Assembly (NCBI GenBank): GCA_050942955.1 | Contig: JBMNOG010000001.1 | Span: forward strand, 68,347-132,346 | Reading direction: 5' to 3' | Length of the DNA stretch: 64,000 nt | From: Patescibacteria group bacterium | GTDB taxonomy: Bacteria > Patescibacteriota > Microgenomatia > UBA1400 > UBA1449 | Shown: positions 21,335 to 31,222 of the stretch, piece after piece | Layout of the letters: the number at the start of each line of letters is the position of its first letter | How positions within the stretch are numbered: position 1 is the first letter of the stretch | Position numbers and translations under genes: made by a program | Notes under the pieces: generated by a model | Database searches by the model: none | What the model was told of the DNA's origin: nothing | What the model saw: the letters and a program-made list of their open reading frames with translations, nothing else

Positions 21335-22482
21335 CTCTGTTTCACTAACCTTTCCCGTAACTGCTCGCACAATCTAATCATAAACCTGACATTGTGAATG
21401 CTGGACAAGCGGTAGTACAGTAATTCCTTTGATTTGAAAAGGTGGTTTAAGTAGCTGCGGCTGTATCCTGCTCTGCATGTTGCACAATCACAGTTTTCCA
21501 TAATTGGCCCAGGGTCGTTCTTAAATTTGGCGTTACCTATCTGGAGTCTACCTTTAGTATTAAATTCAGAAACAAATCTAATTCTATCCGAAGAGGATTG
21601 ATTGAAACTGCTACCTTCAAGGTATCCATGGTAAAGTGTCCCATTTCTAGCCAACCTCGTTGGAGCTACACAGTCAAAAATGTCAGCACCAGATAAAACC
21701 ATATCTACAATATCCTGAGGATCCCGGCCAACCCCCATAGCATAAAATGGTTTGTCTTTGCTAATAACCTCCTTAACCCAGCCAATATGCTCTATTGTCT
21801 GATCCATATAGTACCCTACTGAAACTCCGCCAATAGCAATTCCCGGCAAATTCAGACTATTCACAAACTGTGCGCTTTCTTGACGCAAGTTTTTATAGTT
21901 ACCTCCTTGGATAATACCAAAAAGTACTTGATTAGCAGTGGATTTCTGCCACTCTATCTTACACCGCTCAAGCCATCGGTGAGTTCTCTCCATAGCTGCG
22001 ATAACATATTTTTTTTCTTTCATCGGCGTACACTCATCAAAAGCCATGATAATGTCAGCACCCAAAGCCCTTTGAATTTGCACCGATTTTTCAGGCGTTA
22101 ACCGCAGTTTTTGTCCATCAAGGTGAGATTTAAAATTAACTCCTGCTTCATCAATTTTGGAAAGTTTCCCTGCTTCATCACCCAAACTAAAAACCTGAAA
22201 TCCACCACTGTCTGTTAGAACCGGTCCTTTCCAGTTCATAAAACCATGAATGCCTCTCATCTTCTGAATCAAGTCTTCTCCGGGACGTAGATGTAGGTGG
22301 TAGGTGTTTCCTAGAATTATTTGCGCTTTTACTTCAGTTAAGTCTTCTGAGGAGAGAGCTTTAACCGTCCCCACCGTCCCCACCGGCATATACATAGGGG
22401 TTTTAACTATCCCATGAGAAGTCACCATCTCCCCTGCCCTAGCTTGAAAATTAGTTTGCTTAACCGTAAATGAAAAATCCAT
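21331..22482 (-). CDS. tgt: tRNA-guanine transglycosylase
   Basis: TPMYMPVGT, NTYHL, TDSGGFQVFSL, FDCVAPTRLAR, CDCATC..H zinc site. Confidence 0.95.
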   Translation of the reverse strand: MDFSFTVKQTNFQARAGEMVTSHGIVKTPMYMPVGTVGTVKALSSEDLTEVKAQIILGNTYHLHLRPGEDLIQKMRGIHGFMNWKGPVLTDSGGFQVFSLGDEAGKLSKIDEAGVNFKSHLDGQKLRLTPEKSVQIQRALGADIIMAFDECTPMKEKKYVIAAMERTHRWLERCKIEWQKSTANQVLFGIIQGGNYKNLRQESAQFVNSLNLPGIAIGGVSVGYYMDQTIEHIGWVKEVISKDKPFYAMGVGRDPQDIVDMVLSGADIFDCVAPTRLARNGTLYHGYLEGSSFNQSSSDRIRFVSEFNTKGRLQIGNAKFKNDPGPIMENCDCATCRAGYSRSYLNHLFKSKELLYYRLSSIHNVRFMIRLCEQLRERLVKQS

Positions 22483-22496
22483 AACTTGGAATTGTA

Positions 22497-23225
22497 TTAT
22501 ATTTTTATCAGTCTCTCTAAGGCTGAGGAAAGATCAGGAGACAGTTCTGCCTCAAACGCTACCCGCTTACATGTTTGGGGATGAGTAAAAGAGAGGTAGC
22601 GTGCGTGAAGAAATAACCTTGGGCACCAGGTTACGTCCTGCTGTAAACGTTTGCCAAGATACAAAGGATCAGAAACTAGCGGGTAACCTAAATGTGAGAG
22701 GTGAACTCGTATCTGATGAGTTCTTCCAGTTTTTAGCTTAAGGTTAAGAAAGGTAAATTCTTCATTGTCTTTTCCAAGATAGTACTGGTGAACTGTATAT
22801 TCAGTCTTGGCCATTTTGCCGTCAACTGCTACAGTAAACCTTCTTCTGTTAAGAAGATTTCTTTTTAAAGGAAGATTGATGCTTCCTTTTTGGGGAATAA
22901 CCTTCCCATGGACTAAAGCTACATACCTCTTTTCTGTCTCACGTGCCTTGAATTGGGCTTTGACTCCATGAAATGCCTTTGCAGTTTTTGCTAGTACCAT
23001 TACCCCTGAAGTCTCTTTATCTAATCTATGAATCACCCCAGAACGCGCTAAAAATTCTTTTTCCTCCGGACTTAAAAAATTCGAACTGAACACGGAATAT
23101 CTGCTTTCCATCCAGTCTTGAATCGTTTTCTCTTTAACACTTTCCGCCCTGTTTACCACTAAACCGGCAGGTTTGTTAACAATTAGAATCGACTCATCTT
23201 CGTAAAGTACAGAGATGTTAATCAT
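22497..23225 (-). CDS. RluA family pseudouridine synthase
   Basis: NKPAGL, HRLDKETSG, TGRTHQIRVH, LFLHA. Confidence 0.95.
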   Translation of the reverse strand: MINISVLYEDESILIVNKPAGLVVNRAESVKEKTIQDWMESRYSVFSSNFLSPEEKEFLARSGVIHRLDKETSGVMVLAKTAKAFHGVKAQFKARETEKRYVALVHGKVIPQKGSINLPLKRNLLNRRRFTVAVDGKMAKTEYTVHQYYLGKDNEEFTFLNLKLKTGRTHQIRVHLSHLGYPLVSDPLYLGKRLQQDVTWCPRLFLHARYLSFTHPQTCKRVAFEAELSPDLSSALERLIKI

Positions 23226-23601
23226 GCGATTCTCTCATTAATTCGTTTTTAATCTCAAGTAAAACACCAAGGGTTATTATTGTATCAGCCAAATTAAACA
23301 CCGGAAATGCTCCTGCGTGTATATAGTCAACTACACCTCCACGAAAAATACGATCAGCGATATTACTAAAACCCGCTGCAATAATTCCCACTAAAGCACA
23401 AGAAATATGGTTACCTCTAACAATAAAAAAAATTATTCCAACTATTCCGATTAAACTAATCCAAGGCGGCAAAAGCCCCCACATCCCGTTTTTATTCAGG
23501 ACTACATATTGAGGAAAGTATCTCACTATCAGATATTTCAAACCCTGATCTAAAAGAATAACAGCAAAAAAAATGAGACTTGCCCTAGAAGTTTTATTCA
23601 T
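23218..23601 (-). CDS. lspA: Lipoprotein signal peptidase II
   Basis: DQGLK, SN.ADR..RGGVVDYI, FPVFNLAD. Confidence 0.9.
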   Translation of the reverse strand: MNKTSRASLIFFAVILLDQGLKYLIVRYFPQYVVLNKNGMWGLLPPWISLIGIVGIIFFIVRGNHISCALVGIIAAGFSNIADRIFRGGVVDYIHAGAFPVFNLADTIITLGVLLEIKNELMRESHD

Positions 23602-23605
23602 GCTA

Positions 23606-24523
23606 CTAAAGATTGGCTACATCTTTCCCTGCCCGGGCTCTTGAAAAGCGCCGCTCTCTGGCTCTGGGTTTCAGCTCTGCTATAGGAGGACGGATTGGTT
23701 CGGGGCTTGTTTCTGATTTTGCAGTCGAAGTTTTTTTCTGAAACGGTAAACTGATTTTATTTCCTGCCTGAACCCAAAAACTAAGCCAGATATATAAAAT
23801 GAAGAAAAACAGGAAAATTTGATATGAAGAAAAGATCCAGAAAACTGTGGTACGGATAGAAACATAATCTATAAGAAACTGCGAAACTGAAAAAATTGCC
23901 AAATATGTCAACCATAAAAAACCAGGATTAGCTTCTCCTCTATTGTTCTGATACCAGGAAAAAAGGCGGTAACGCTTATCTAACCACTTAATCAGAAAGT
24001 AAATAACAAGAAGAATCCCAATTTCATAGAGAGGTAGTGGGTGTCTTTTCCCTTCCAATCCAGGAAACTCTAATCCCCAAGGAAGTCCGGTCTGTTTACC
24101 AACATATGAGCCGTCCAGAAATTGTCCAATCAGAAGTAAAATTTGGGCTGAGATTAGTCCTAAAACAGAAATATCAGCAAATTCATAAAATTTCCATTTT
24201 CTTTTTTTTGCAAGTAAAAACAAAACGTACATCATCCCAATAAGAAAACCGAGCCAGGAAAACTGGTTTGAGTACGCCAGACTAAACCAGCGCGAGAGGT
24301 AAAACCTGAAATCAGGAAAGTTAAGGAAAATATGCAGGAGACGAGCACCGACTATGCCTCCAAAAAATGAGAGGAATATAACATCAAAAATGTCATCATC
24401 TTCGTAATGCTCCTCTTTGGCTCTGCGCCAAACAGAGAAACCACCGAAGAAAAATGCCAGTGTTAGAAACAAACCCAGGCTTGAAATGGTAATTGGGCCG
24501 ATTGCAAGAATGACCGGAAACAT
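23606..24523 (-). CDS. lgt: Prolipoprotein diacylglyceryl transferase
   Basis: MFPVI..IGPITI, GIVGARL, G.FLDGS..G..T.LPWG..F....RHP..LYE. Confidence 0.85.
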   Translation of the reverse strand: MFPVILAIGPITISSLGLFLTLAFFFGGFSVWRRAKEEHYEDDDIFDVIFLSFFGGIVGARLLHIFLNFPDFRFYLSRWFSLAYSNQFSWLGFLIGMMYVLFLLAKKRKWKFYEFADISVLGLISAQILLLIGQFLDGSYVGKQTGLPWGLEFPGLEGKRHPLPLYEIGILLVIYFLIKWLDKRYRLFSWYQNNRGEANPGFLWLTYLAIFSVSQFLIDYVSIRTTVFWIFSSYQIFLFFFILYIWLSFWVQAGNKISLPFQKKTSTAKSETSPEPIRPPIAELKPRARERRFSRARAGKDVANL

Positions 24524-24644
24524 AGCTGTTACTATAAAACTTTATTGTTTGATTATAGCCGATTTGACTCTTTTAACCAATAACGCATACAATAGCAAAG
24601 TGGCTGTTTGCATACAGTAATTACAAACATTTTTCAGATCTAAT

Positions 24645-25115
24645 ATGTTAATTACCCCTCATATTCTGGTTGGTATTTACCTGGCTTTCTACTTTCCCCC
24701 GCTTCTGGCTTTACCAACGGCTTTGGCAAGCCATTTTCTCTTTGACCAATTTTATCCTCACTGGAATCCCCATATTTACACAGAAATAAAAAAGTGCGGC
24801 CGCATCTCAACTAACTCTTTACTAGTTATCGGCATAGATGCTCTGCTAACTGCTTTAATTCTTTTTTGGATCTCCACCAACTTTTTGGATAACATAGCCT
24901 TTATGCTTACTGTAGTTGCTTGCGCTACTTTAGCTATCCTTCCGGATATTGTTACTATTCCATTCTTTTTCTTCAATTATCGGAATAAAACAATACTAAA
25001 GTGCATTACCTTCACTCATAAACACCAAGCTCAAGCCGGTCCAGTTTGGGGAATGGTCACCCAGGTAATCATTAGCCTGATTTGTCTCTGGCAAATCGCT
25101 TTGATGGTAAGCTGA
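24645..25115 (+). CDS. Membrane protein, possibly a metal-dependent hydrolase (YdjM-like His motifs)
   Basis: TPHILVG, ASHFLFD..PHWN, LPD, H..HQ; hydrophobic. Confidence 0.65.
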   Translation: MLITPHILVGIYLAFYFPPLLALPTALASHFLFDQFYPHWNPHIYTEIKKCGRISTNSLLVIGIDALLTALILFWISTNFLDNIAFMLTVVACATLAILPDIVTIPFFFFNYRNKTILKCITFTHKHQAQAGPVWGMVTQVIISLICLWQIALMVS

Positions 25116-25117
25116 GT

Positions 25118-25678
25118 TTACTTAGCCCTCTCAACATACTTCCGGTTTACAGTATCAATCCTAATCTTCTCGCCCTGTTTGATAAACAACGGCACTTTAA
25201 CTTTAATTCCGCCAGTAACTGTAGCTGATTTGTACATGTTGGCCGCAGAGTTTCCTTTCACACCAGGATCACAGTCAGTAACTTCTAGAACTACTTTTGG
25301 AGGAATAACGATATTAATTGGCTTACCCTCCCAAAATAGAATGTCGTAAGTCTCACCATCCTGCATAAACTCTATTTCCTCCCCCATTTCCTGAACATCA
25401 AGCTCTACCTGTTCATAGGTTGTAGGATCCATAAAGTACAAAGCATCCCCTTCCCTATAGAGAAACTGCATCGGTTTTTTTGACAGATCTGCTTCCTCAA
25501 AGCGGTCTGAAGGGGAAAACACTACCTGAACTACATTGCCAGTCAAAAGTCCGCGAATTTTGAGCCGCACATCAGCAGAACCTCTTCCCATATGGGTATG
25601 TTTGTAGTCCAAAACTTTATACGGTTCATTGTTATATACAAAAACGCTGCCGCTTTTTAAATCAACTGCTTGGTACAT
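25118..25678 (-). CDS. efp: Translation elongation factor P
   Basis: H..MGRG loop, QFLY..GD..YFMD..TYEQ, PGVKGNSA, VPLFIKQGE.IRIDT. Confidence 0.95.
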   Translation of the reverse strand: MYQAVDLKSGSVFVYNNEPYKVLDYKHTHMGRGSADVRLKIRGLLTGNVVQVVFSPSDRFEEADLSKKPMQFLYREGDALYFMDPTTYEQVELDVQEMGEEIEFMQDGETYDILFWEGKPINIVIPPKVVLEVTDCDPGVKGNSAANMYKSATVTGGIKVKVPLFIKQGEKIRIDTVNRKYVERAK

Positions 25679-25815
25679 ATGTACCTCCTTTAACTAAACT
25701 TTTTGTTTCTACTAATTGTTTAATGAAAAACGCCGCAGGTGTTTTTCATCTCCGGCTCCTATTTATTTTACCACGGAGAAAAACATGGTTTTCTGGTAAA
25801 ATATGTATGTTTTAC

Positions 25816-25845
25816 GCCGAGGTGGCGGAATAGGTAGACGCGTAG
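25816..25845 (+). repeat. Exact 30-bp duplicate of the tRNA-Leu 5' half
   Basis: GCCGAGGTGGCGGAATAGGTAGACGCGTAG is identical to 25931-25960. Confidence 0.9.
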
Positions 25846-25930
25846 CTTCGCCAGAAGCGAAGACCCTGATTTTTAACAAAAATCAAGGGCGCGTAAATAA
25901 CTTTAACATAATACTGTTAATTGGTTTTTT

Positions 25931-26016
25931 GCCGAGGTGGCGGAATAGGTAGACGCGTAGGTCTCAAAAACCTATGAGGGTAATACCTCATGCGGGTTCG
26001 ATTCCCGCCCTCGGCA
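25931..26016 (+). tRNA. tRNA-Leu (CAA)
   Basis: Acceptor GCCGAGG/CCTCGGC, anticodon arm TAGGT-CTCAAAA-ACCTA, long variable arm TGAGG..CCTCA, T arm GCGGG-TTCGATT-CCCGC; CCA not encoded. Confidence 0.95.
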
Positions 26017-26277
26017 CCCCTATTGCCTAGTTGAATTATCTCAGCTATGAGCGAAGATGTTCTTCCGGGGATAATTCAGCATCACACAAAAGAATTAACT
26101 CAAGCAACTAAAGATTTAGATAAGCAAAACTAAACACTGCAGAATAAAATGCTTTGGGTTAATAGTTACAACTATTTTTTTAGCGCTCGTCCAAACAACC
26201 TTAGCTTTTACAGATTAGCTCAATATATATTTTTCCTCTCCTTTAATTTTTTTTGCAATGTAAATTTTGTATTCCTA

Positions 26278-27591
26278 CTATTCAACCTTCTTTTCCATTC
26301 CGAAAAACTTAATTCTGTCACCTTTGAAGTAGAGGTCAACAGTTCTCAAAGCGCCGTTTCTATGTTTGGCTACCTTTAATTTGACATTCTCCATGTTTTC
26401 ATCGTCAGGCCTGTAGAGGAACATAACCACATCCGCATCCTGTTCAATAGCGCCAGATTCTCGAAGGTCTGCCAATTGCGGTTCTTTCGTGCCTCTGGCT
26501 TCAACAGCTCTAGAAAGCTGTGATAGCGAGAGAACAGGAATCTTAAGTTCTCTAGCTAAATTCTTAAGAGACTGAGAGATTTCAGATACTTCCTGGACAC
26601 GGCTTTCGTGCTTTTTATTGCTGACAGCCAGTTGCAAGTAGTCAACTACGATCATTTTTACATCATGTTCGATTTGTAGTCTTCGGGCTTTAGTCCTCAT
26701 CTCAAGCAAAGTAATACCAGGTGTATCATCAATAAAAAGTGGGGCTTCAGCAAGTCTTCCCATAGCGTCAGAAATACGCATAAAATCCTCTTCTTTAAGG
26801 TTACCGGTTTTCAACCTCCAAGCATCAATGTCTGCCTCAGAAACCAGCAAGCGGTCAACCAGTTCTTCTTTACTCATTTCCAAAGAAAAAATCCCTACCG
26901 GCATCTTGGCATTTACTGCTACATGCTGAGCAATGTTCAAGGCAAATGCCGTCTTTCCCATACCCGGACGGGCAGCCAAAATGATTAAGTTACTTGCCTG
27001 CATGCCTGCCAGTGTGTCATCAAGATCCTTAAAACCAGTCGGAACTCCCCTCAACCCCCCGGCTTGTTTATGCAACTCATCCAATCTGTCAAAACTGTCT
27101 GCCAACGCATCGCGGATAGCAACAAAATTGTTAGCCAGGTGACGCTGACTGAGTGAAAAAATTGATCTTTCAGAGCTATCCAGCACATCGGCTGACTCTT
27201 TTCCGTCATCAAAAGCCATTTCTACAATCTCTGAGCCAATACGGATTAATTCACGTTTGTTAGAAAGATCTCTAATAATTTTGGCATATGTTTCGGAGTT
27301 AGCTGCCGTTGGAACTTTTTCCGCTAAAAGTGTTAAGTACTCTACTCCACCACACTTTTTCAGTTGTTTAGCTTTTTTCAACTCATCTGATAGGGTAACA
27401 ATATCAATAGGATCACGCTCTTCAAAAAGCCTAAGCATTGCAGAATAAATCTCTTGGTGCTGTGAACTGTAAAAATGTTCAGGCTTAATCAGTGCGCTTA
27501 TATTAATTATCGCGTCTCTATCTATAAGAATAGCTCCTAAAAGGGATTGTTCAACATCTTTGTTGTGCGGTGGTATACGAGGACCTGCCAT
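26278..27591 (-). CDS. dnaB: Replicative DNA helicase
   Basis: AARPGMGKT, FSLEMS, VDYLQL, LSQLSR, DLRESGAIEQDAD, KHRNG. Confidence 0.97.
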   Translation of the reverse strand: MAGPRIPPHNKDVEQSLLGAILIDRDAIINISALIKPEHFYSSQHQEIYSAMLRLFEERDPIDIVTLSDELKKAKQLKKCGGVEYLTLLAEKVPTAANSETYAKIIRDLSNKRELIRIGSEIVEMAFDDGKESADVLDSSERSIFSLSQRHLANNFVAIRDALADSFDRLDELHKQAGGLRGVPTGFKDLDDTLAGMQASNLIILAARPGMGKTAFALNIAQHVAVNAKMPVGIFSLEMSKEELVDRLLVSEADIDAWRLKTGNLKEEDFMRISDAMGRLAEAPLFIDDTPGITLLEMRTKARRLQIEHDVKMIVVDYLQLAVSNKKHESRVQEVSEISQSLKNLARELKIPVLSLSQLSRAVEARGTKEPQLADLRESGAIEQDADVVMFLYRPDDENMENVKLKVAKHRNGALRTVDLYFKGDRIKFFGMEKKVE

Positions 27592-27659
27592 AATTAATAG
27601 GTATACTATTGTAAGTCTACTTTCAAATTAGCCTTATCTCCACTTCGTTCAATCTAAAG

Positions 27660-28307
27660 TTACTTCTTTCTATCTAGAACCATCAGCTCCATCTCATCAG
27701 GCAGACTTGTAGAAGAGAGCACCAACTTATCGGTACGCTTGGGTTCAAGCTCAAACTCTTGTAAGAATTGTTCTAAAGTAGCTAAGCCCTTGTATTTGTC
27801 ACTTAGACCAGGCTGGCTATAATGCATAGGGATAACAATCCTTGAATCAATCTTTTTAATCACTTGGACTGCTTTTTCCGGATTGAGCGTGTGTAAACCG
27901 CCTACCGGTATCATTAGAACATCAACATTTTCCATTTCTTTAAGAAGTTTATCACTCAGCTCTGAATTAAGATCACCTAAGTGGCAGACAACCAAGTCTT
28001 CAGCAGTTATAGTATATATAGTATTTTTTTCACGAAGACTCTCATTAGAGTTATCAACAAAAGTTCTCATGCCACGAATCATCACTTCTTTTATTTCGTA
28101 CTCTCCAGGGCCTTCAACAAAAAAACAATTAGGGTTTTTTATGCCCTCTTTATTATTGTGTTCCTCCTTATCCTGAGAAATGATAGTAATATCAGCAATG
28201 GTTTTCGGAAAATGTAGTCCTGTAGAAAACGCATACGGATCAGTCACAATAGTAGCGGTATTGGTTTTAATTCTAAAACTTGAAAGACCTAAATAAGAAA
28301 TCTGCAT
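27660..28307 (-). CDS. MBL-fold protein (lactamase B_3-like; metal motif degenerate)
   Basis: I.YLG.SSF.I, TDPY, GPGEYEI, HLGDL, VIPMHY; the HxHxDH site reads SQDKEEHN. Confidence 0.8.
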   Translation of the reverse strand: MQISYLGLSSFRIKTNTATIVTDPYAFSTGLHFPKTIADITIISQDKEEHNNKEGIKNPNCFFVEGPGEYEIKEVMIRGMRTFVDNSNESLREKNTIYTITAEDLVVCHLGDLNSELSDKLLKEMENVDVLMIPVGGLHTLNPEKAVQVIKKIDSRIVIPMHYSQPGLSDKYKGLATLEQFLQEFELEPKRTDKLVLSSTSLPDEMELMVLDRKK

Positions 28308-28451
28308 ATTGGTTTATCACAGTAATAACAGAGAACATTTAGCCATACAAATTTGCCCATGGCGGGCAATGCAACTACTTCTCTGCTTCTTACAATGACA
28401 ATGTTTGACTATGAATCGCAAGCTCCCTTACATTATCAGATTTCTATTAGC

Positions 28452-28480
28452 TTGACAACAGAGAAAGCGGGTGTTAAAGT
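28452..28480 (+). promoter_or_regulatory. Sigma70 promoter, near-leaderless
   Basis: TTGACA-17 bp-TAAAGT ending 9 bp before ATG 28490. Confidence 0.5.
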
Positions 28481-28489
28481 CTGCTTGGT

Positions 28490-28933
28490 ATGCGCAAGGA
28501 AATATTTACTGCGATTATTGTTGGAATCCTGCTCGGTCTTGTCGTAACATACGGAATCTACATCGCTAACAGCACGCTTATTGAAAAAGCTCGAGGCATT
28601 AATCCTAAAACGACAACTATTCCTACGCCCACCCCTTCCCCTGAAGCTTCGGTGACACTAACACTCACCCAGCCTGAGAGCAACATTGTGGTTGATAAAC
28701 CCACTATCGCTATTGAAGGCCGAACTATCCCTGAGGCAGTAATAACTATCGTTTCTGAAAATGATGAGGTTATCACCGAATCAGATGAAACAGGTTTCTT
28801 TTCCTATAAAATTGAACTGGTTAAAGGCGCTAACACTATTGAAGTAACTGCATCTGACGGGGTCAAACTCTCTGAGACTAAATCAATTGATTTAGTCTAT
28901 AGTACTAATATTGAACTTAGTGAAGAGGAATAA
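28490..28933 (+). CDS. Membrane-anchored Ig-like domain protein
   Basis: TM helix, PTPTPSP linker, I.GRT.P.A.I....G.FS..I.L..GAN.I.V.A.D. Confidence 0.7.
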   Translation: MRKEIFTAIIVGILLGLVVTYGIYIANSTLIEKARGINPKTTTIPTPTPSPEASVTLTLTQPESNIVVDKPTIAIEGRTIPEAVITIVSENDEVITESDETGFFSYKIELVKGANTIEVTASDGVKLSETKSIDLVYSTNIELSEEE

Positions 28934-28939
28934 AACAAT

Positions 28940-29746
28940 ATGAAAGCAAAGCTTTTTCTTATTACCCTTCTTAGTCTACTCTTTGTGTTTTCCGTTGTAG
29001 TTTCAGGTCAAGAAACCGAAGAAGCCACAGAAAGTGCTGTTAGCCAGGATGAGGTCAGGCAAAAACTGAAAGAGCGTTTAGAAAAAACGGTTCAGGAAGA
29101 TGAAGATGGTGCAGCAACTAGTAGTTCAAGCACTTGGAGAGCTTATTTTGGTAACGTTTCTGAGGCAGCTTTAACTACCTTAAGTCTTACTACCAGTGAT
29201 AAAAGAGATGTCCAAATTAAGATTGCTGAAGATTGTGAGCTCTCTTTCTATAAAAAAGGCAAAGGTAACTCTACACTGGAGGCAGAAAAGATTGAAACTG
29301 GCTGGTTTGCTATCGCCATGGGTACAGAAATGACTGAAGGTACTCTTACTGCCAAACGTATCTCATTTTCTGAGACAGTTACCCCTACTGTTAAGAAAAA
29401 AGTGTTAGTCGGCCGAATTAGTGAGATTGATGATGCCACTCTCAAACTGGATACCAGTCCAGATATCACTATTTCCATCCCAAAAACATATTCTATTCAG
29501 ATTAAAGGTATACAGGAGGCAGAGATTGAAGATGTTAGTGTTAATGACAAAGCAGTATTAATTATTGAGATTGAAACTGTTAAGGATAAAAGGGGCAATG
29601 AAACGACAACGTACACTTTAAAATCTCTTTACAGCATTCCCAGTACTAGTAATCCCAGAGCTGCGGATAATGAGGTCACAGAAGCTTCACCTGCCGCTAA
29701 TGCGGAAGATACCACTAATACAGAAACTGAAGAGGTTGAGGATTAA
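28940..29746 (+). CDS. Secreted hypothetical protein (DUF5666-like beta repeats)
   Basis: Signal peptide, acidic linkers, two similar G.V/I.E..L segments. Confidence 0.65.
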   Translation: MKAKLFLITLLSLLFVFSVVVSGQETEEATESAVSQDEVRQKLKERLEKTVQEDEDGAATSSSSTWRAYFGNVSEAALTTLSLTTSDKRDVQIKIAEDCELSFYKKGKGNSTLEAEKIETGWFAIAMGTEMTEGTLTAKRISFSETVTPTVKKKVLVGRISEIDDATLKLDTSPDITISIPKTYSIQIKGIQEAEIEDVSVNDKAVLIIEIETVKDKRGNETTTYTLKSLYSIPSTSNPRAADNEVTEASPAANAEDTTNTETEEVED

Positions 29747-29750
29747 CTTC

Positions 29751-30995
29751 CTACTTCAAGCGGTTAACTGCTGTTTCAATATCCATCATTTCCTGAGCAC
29801 CGTTTTCCATGTTTTTGAGAGCAATCTTTCCTTGATTTACTTCCTCTTCTCCAATCACAATCACAAAAGGAATATTCTTTTGATTTGCTAATTTAAATTG
29901 CTGTCCCAGCTTATCAAAAGCCGGGTAAACCTCTGTACCAATTCCCGCTTCACGCAGTTTTCTGGCAACATTTAAAGCAGGTTTCTCACACTCCTGATTA
30001 AAGAGAGTGACTAAAACTTTTGCACCGCTCTTAACGACATCAATAAGCCCCATCTCATCAGCTGCCTCAACAATCCTATCAAATCCCAAACCTACTCCCA
30101 CAGCCGACACATCTACCCCACTAAGTTGTTTAATAAGGTTGTCATATCTACCACCTCCACCCAGTGAGCCACTACCATACTCAGGAATAATGACCTCAAA
30201 AATCATACCGGTATAGTAATCCAACCCTCTTGCTAATTCTGGGGTAAATCGCAAAGATTCTTCCGGAACACCTAAAGCCACAGCTTTACTTATAATCTCC
30301 TGAAGATTTTGCGATATCTGAACTTGTTTTACATCTTCTAGAATTTTTGAAGCTACTTCCCTATCAAGGCCTTTAGTTACTAACTCATCAAGTACCGATT
30401 CTTTGCTGTTTTTGCCCAGTTTATCCAGAGTTTGAGTTATTGAGGTTAAACTAACTCTGTCTGAAATATAGGGCTTCAAGGTTGCAAACAGTACCTGTCT
30501 GTCATTCATCTTCAAAACAACTTGAGAAAAGCCGATACTTTTAAAAGTAGCATACGTGCAAGCTAAAATTTCTGCATCAGCTAAAGGTGAAGTGCTCCCA
30601 AAAATGTCAATGTCGCACTGGGTGAACTCACGAAATCTTCCTTTTTGAGGCTTGTCAGCTCGGTAAACACTCTGTATCTGGTAACGCCGAAAATACTTAG
30701 GTAGCTCGTACTGATACTGAGCCAAAACCCTGGCAGTAGGCACAGTTTGGTCGTAACGAAGGGCTACTTCCCTGCCTCCCCTATCTTCAAAGCGATAAAC
30801 TAACTTATCAGCTTCCTCACCATACTTACCCAAAAGGAGTGAGGCATATTCCAGAGCTGGAGTCTCAAGCGGTACAAAGCCATAATTTTTGAAAACTTCA
30901 ACAATTTTTTGAGCAATAAAATCTCGCTTGCGTTTTTCGCCCGGCAAGTAATCCCGAAAACCTTTAAGTGTTTGTATATTTTGGTTGTTTCCCAT
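29751..30995 (-). CDS. hisS: Histidine-tRNA ligase
   Basis: LKGFRDYLP, LRYDQTVP, RADKPQKGRFREFTQCDID, RGLDYYTG, GGGRYD; start at ATG 30995. Confidence 0.97.
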   Translation of the reverse strand: MGNNQNIQTLKGFRDYLPGEKRKRDFIAQKIVEVFKNYGFVPLETPALEYASLLLGKYGEEADKLVYRFEDRGGREVALRYDQTVPTARVLAQYQYELPKYFRRYQIQSVYRADKPQKGRFREFTQCDIDIFGSTSPLADAEILACTYATFKSIGFSQVVLKMNDRQVLFATLKPYISDRVSLTSITQTLDKLGKNSKESVLDELVTKGLDREVASKILEDVKQVQISQNLQEIISKAVALGVPEESLRFTPELARGLDYYTGMIFEVIIPEYGSGSLGGGGRYDNLIKQLSGVDVSAVGVGLGFDRIVEAADEMGLIDVVKSGAKVLVTLFNQECEKPALNVARKLREAGIGTEVYPAFDKLGQQFKLANQKNIPFVIVIGEEEVNQGKIALKNMENGAQEMMDIETAVNRLK

Positions 30996-31222
30996 AATGG
31001 GTTTATTGTAAAGGGTATTAGGCAAAAAATAAACTTCACTTCCAAAGACTAAAAATCCTATTTTTCTCCAAGAGCGAAAACAGTTGTTGCACCCCAAATC
31101 ATCTTTAATATCGACAAAACTGCAACCGTAATTTATAACAAAAAAAATTATGTTTACGTGCGTTCCAAACGACCATATTTCTCCCTTTTTCAATTGCCAA
31201 TTTTCTGTTATAATTCCCCAGT

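Noticed and set aside
30996-31193. N-terminal extension of hisS given by the ORF track
   Set aside because: HisRS similarity starts at MGNNQ (30995), which has its own TACAAT; the extension runs through the divergent promoter region.
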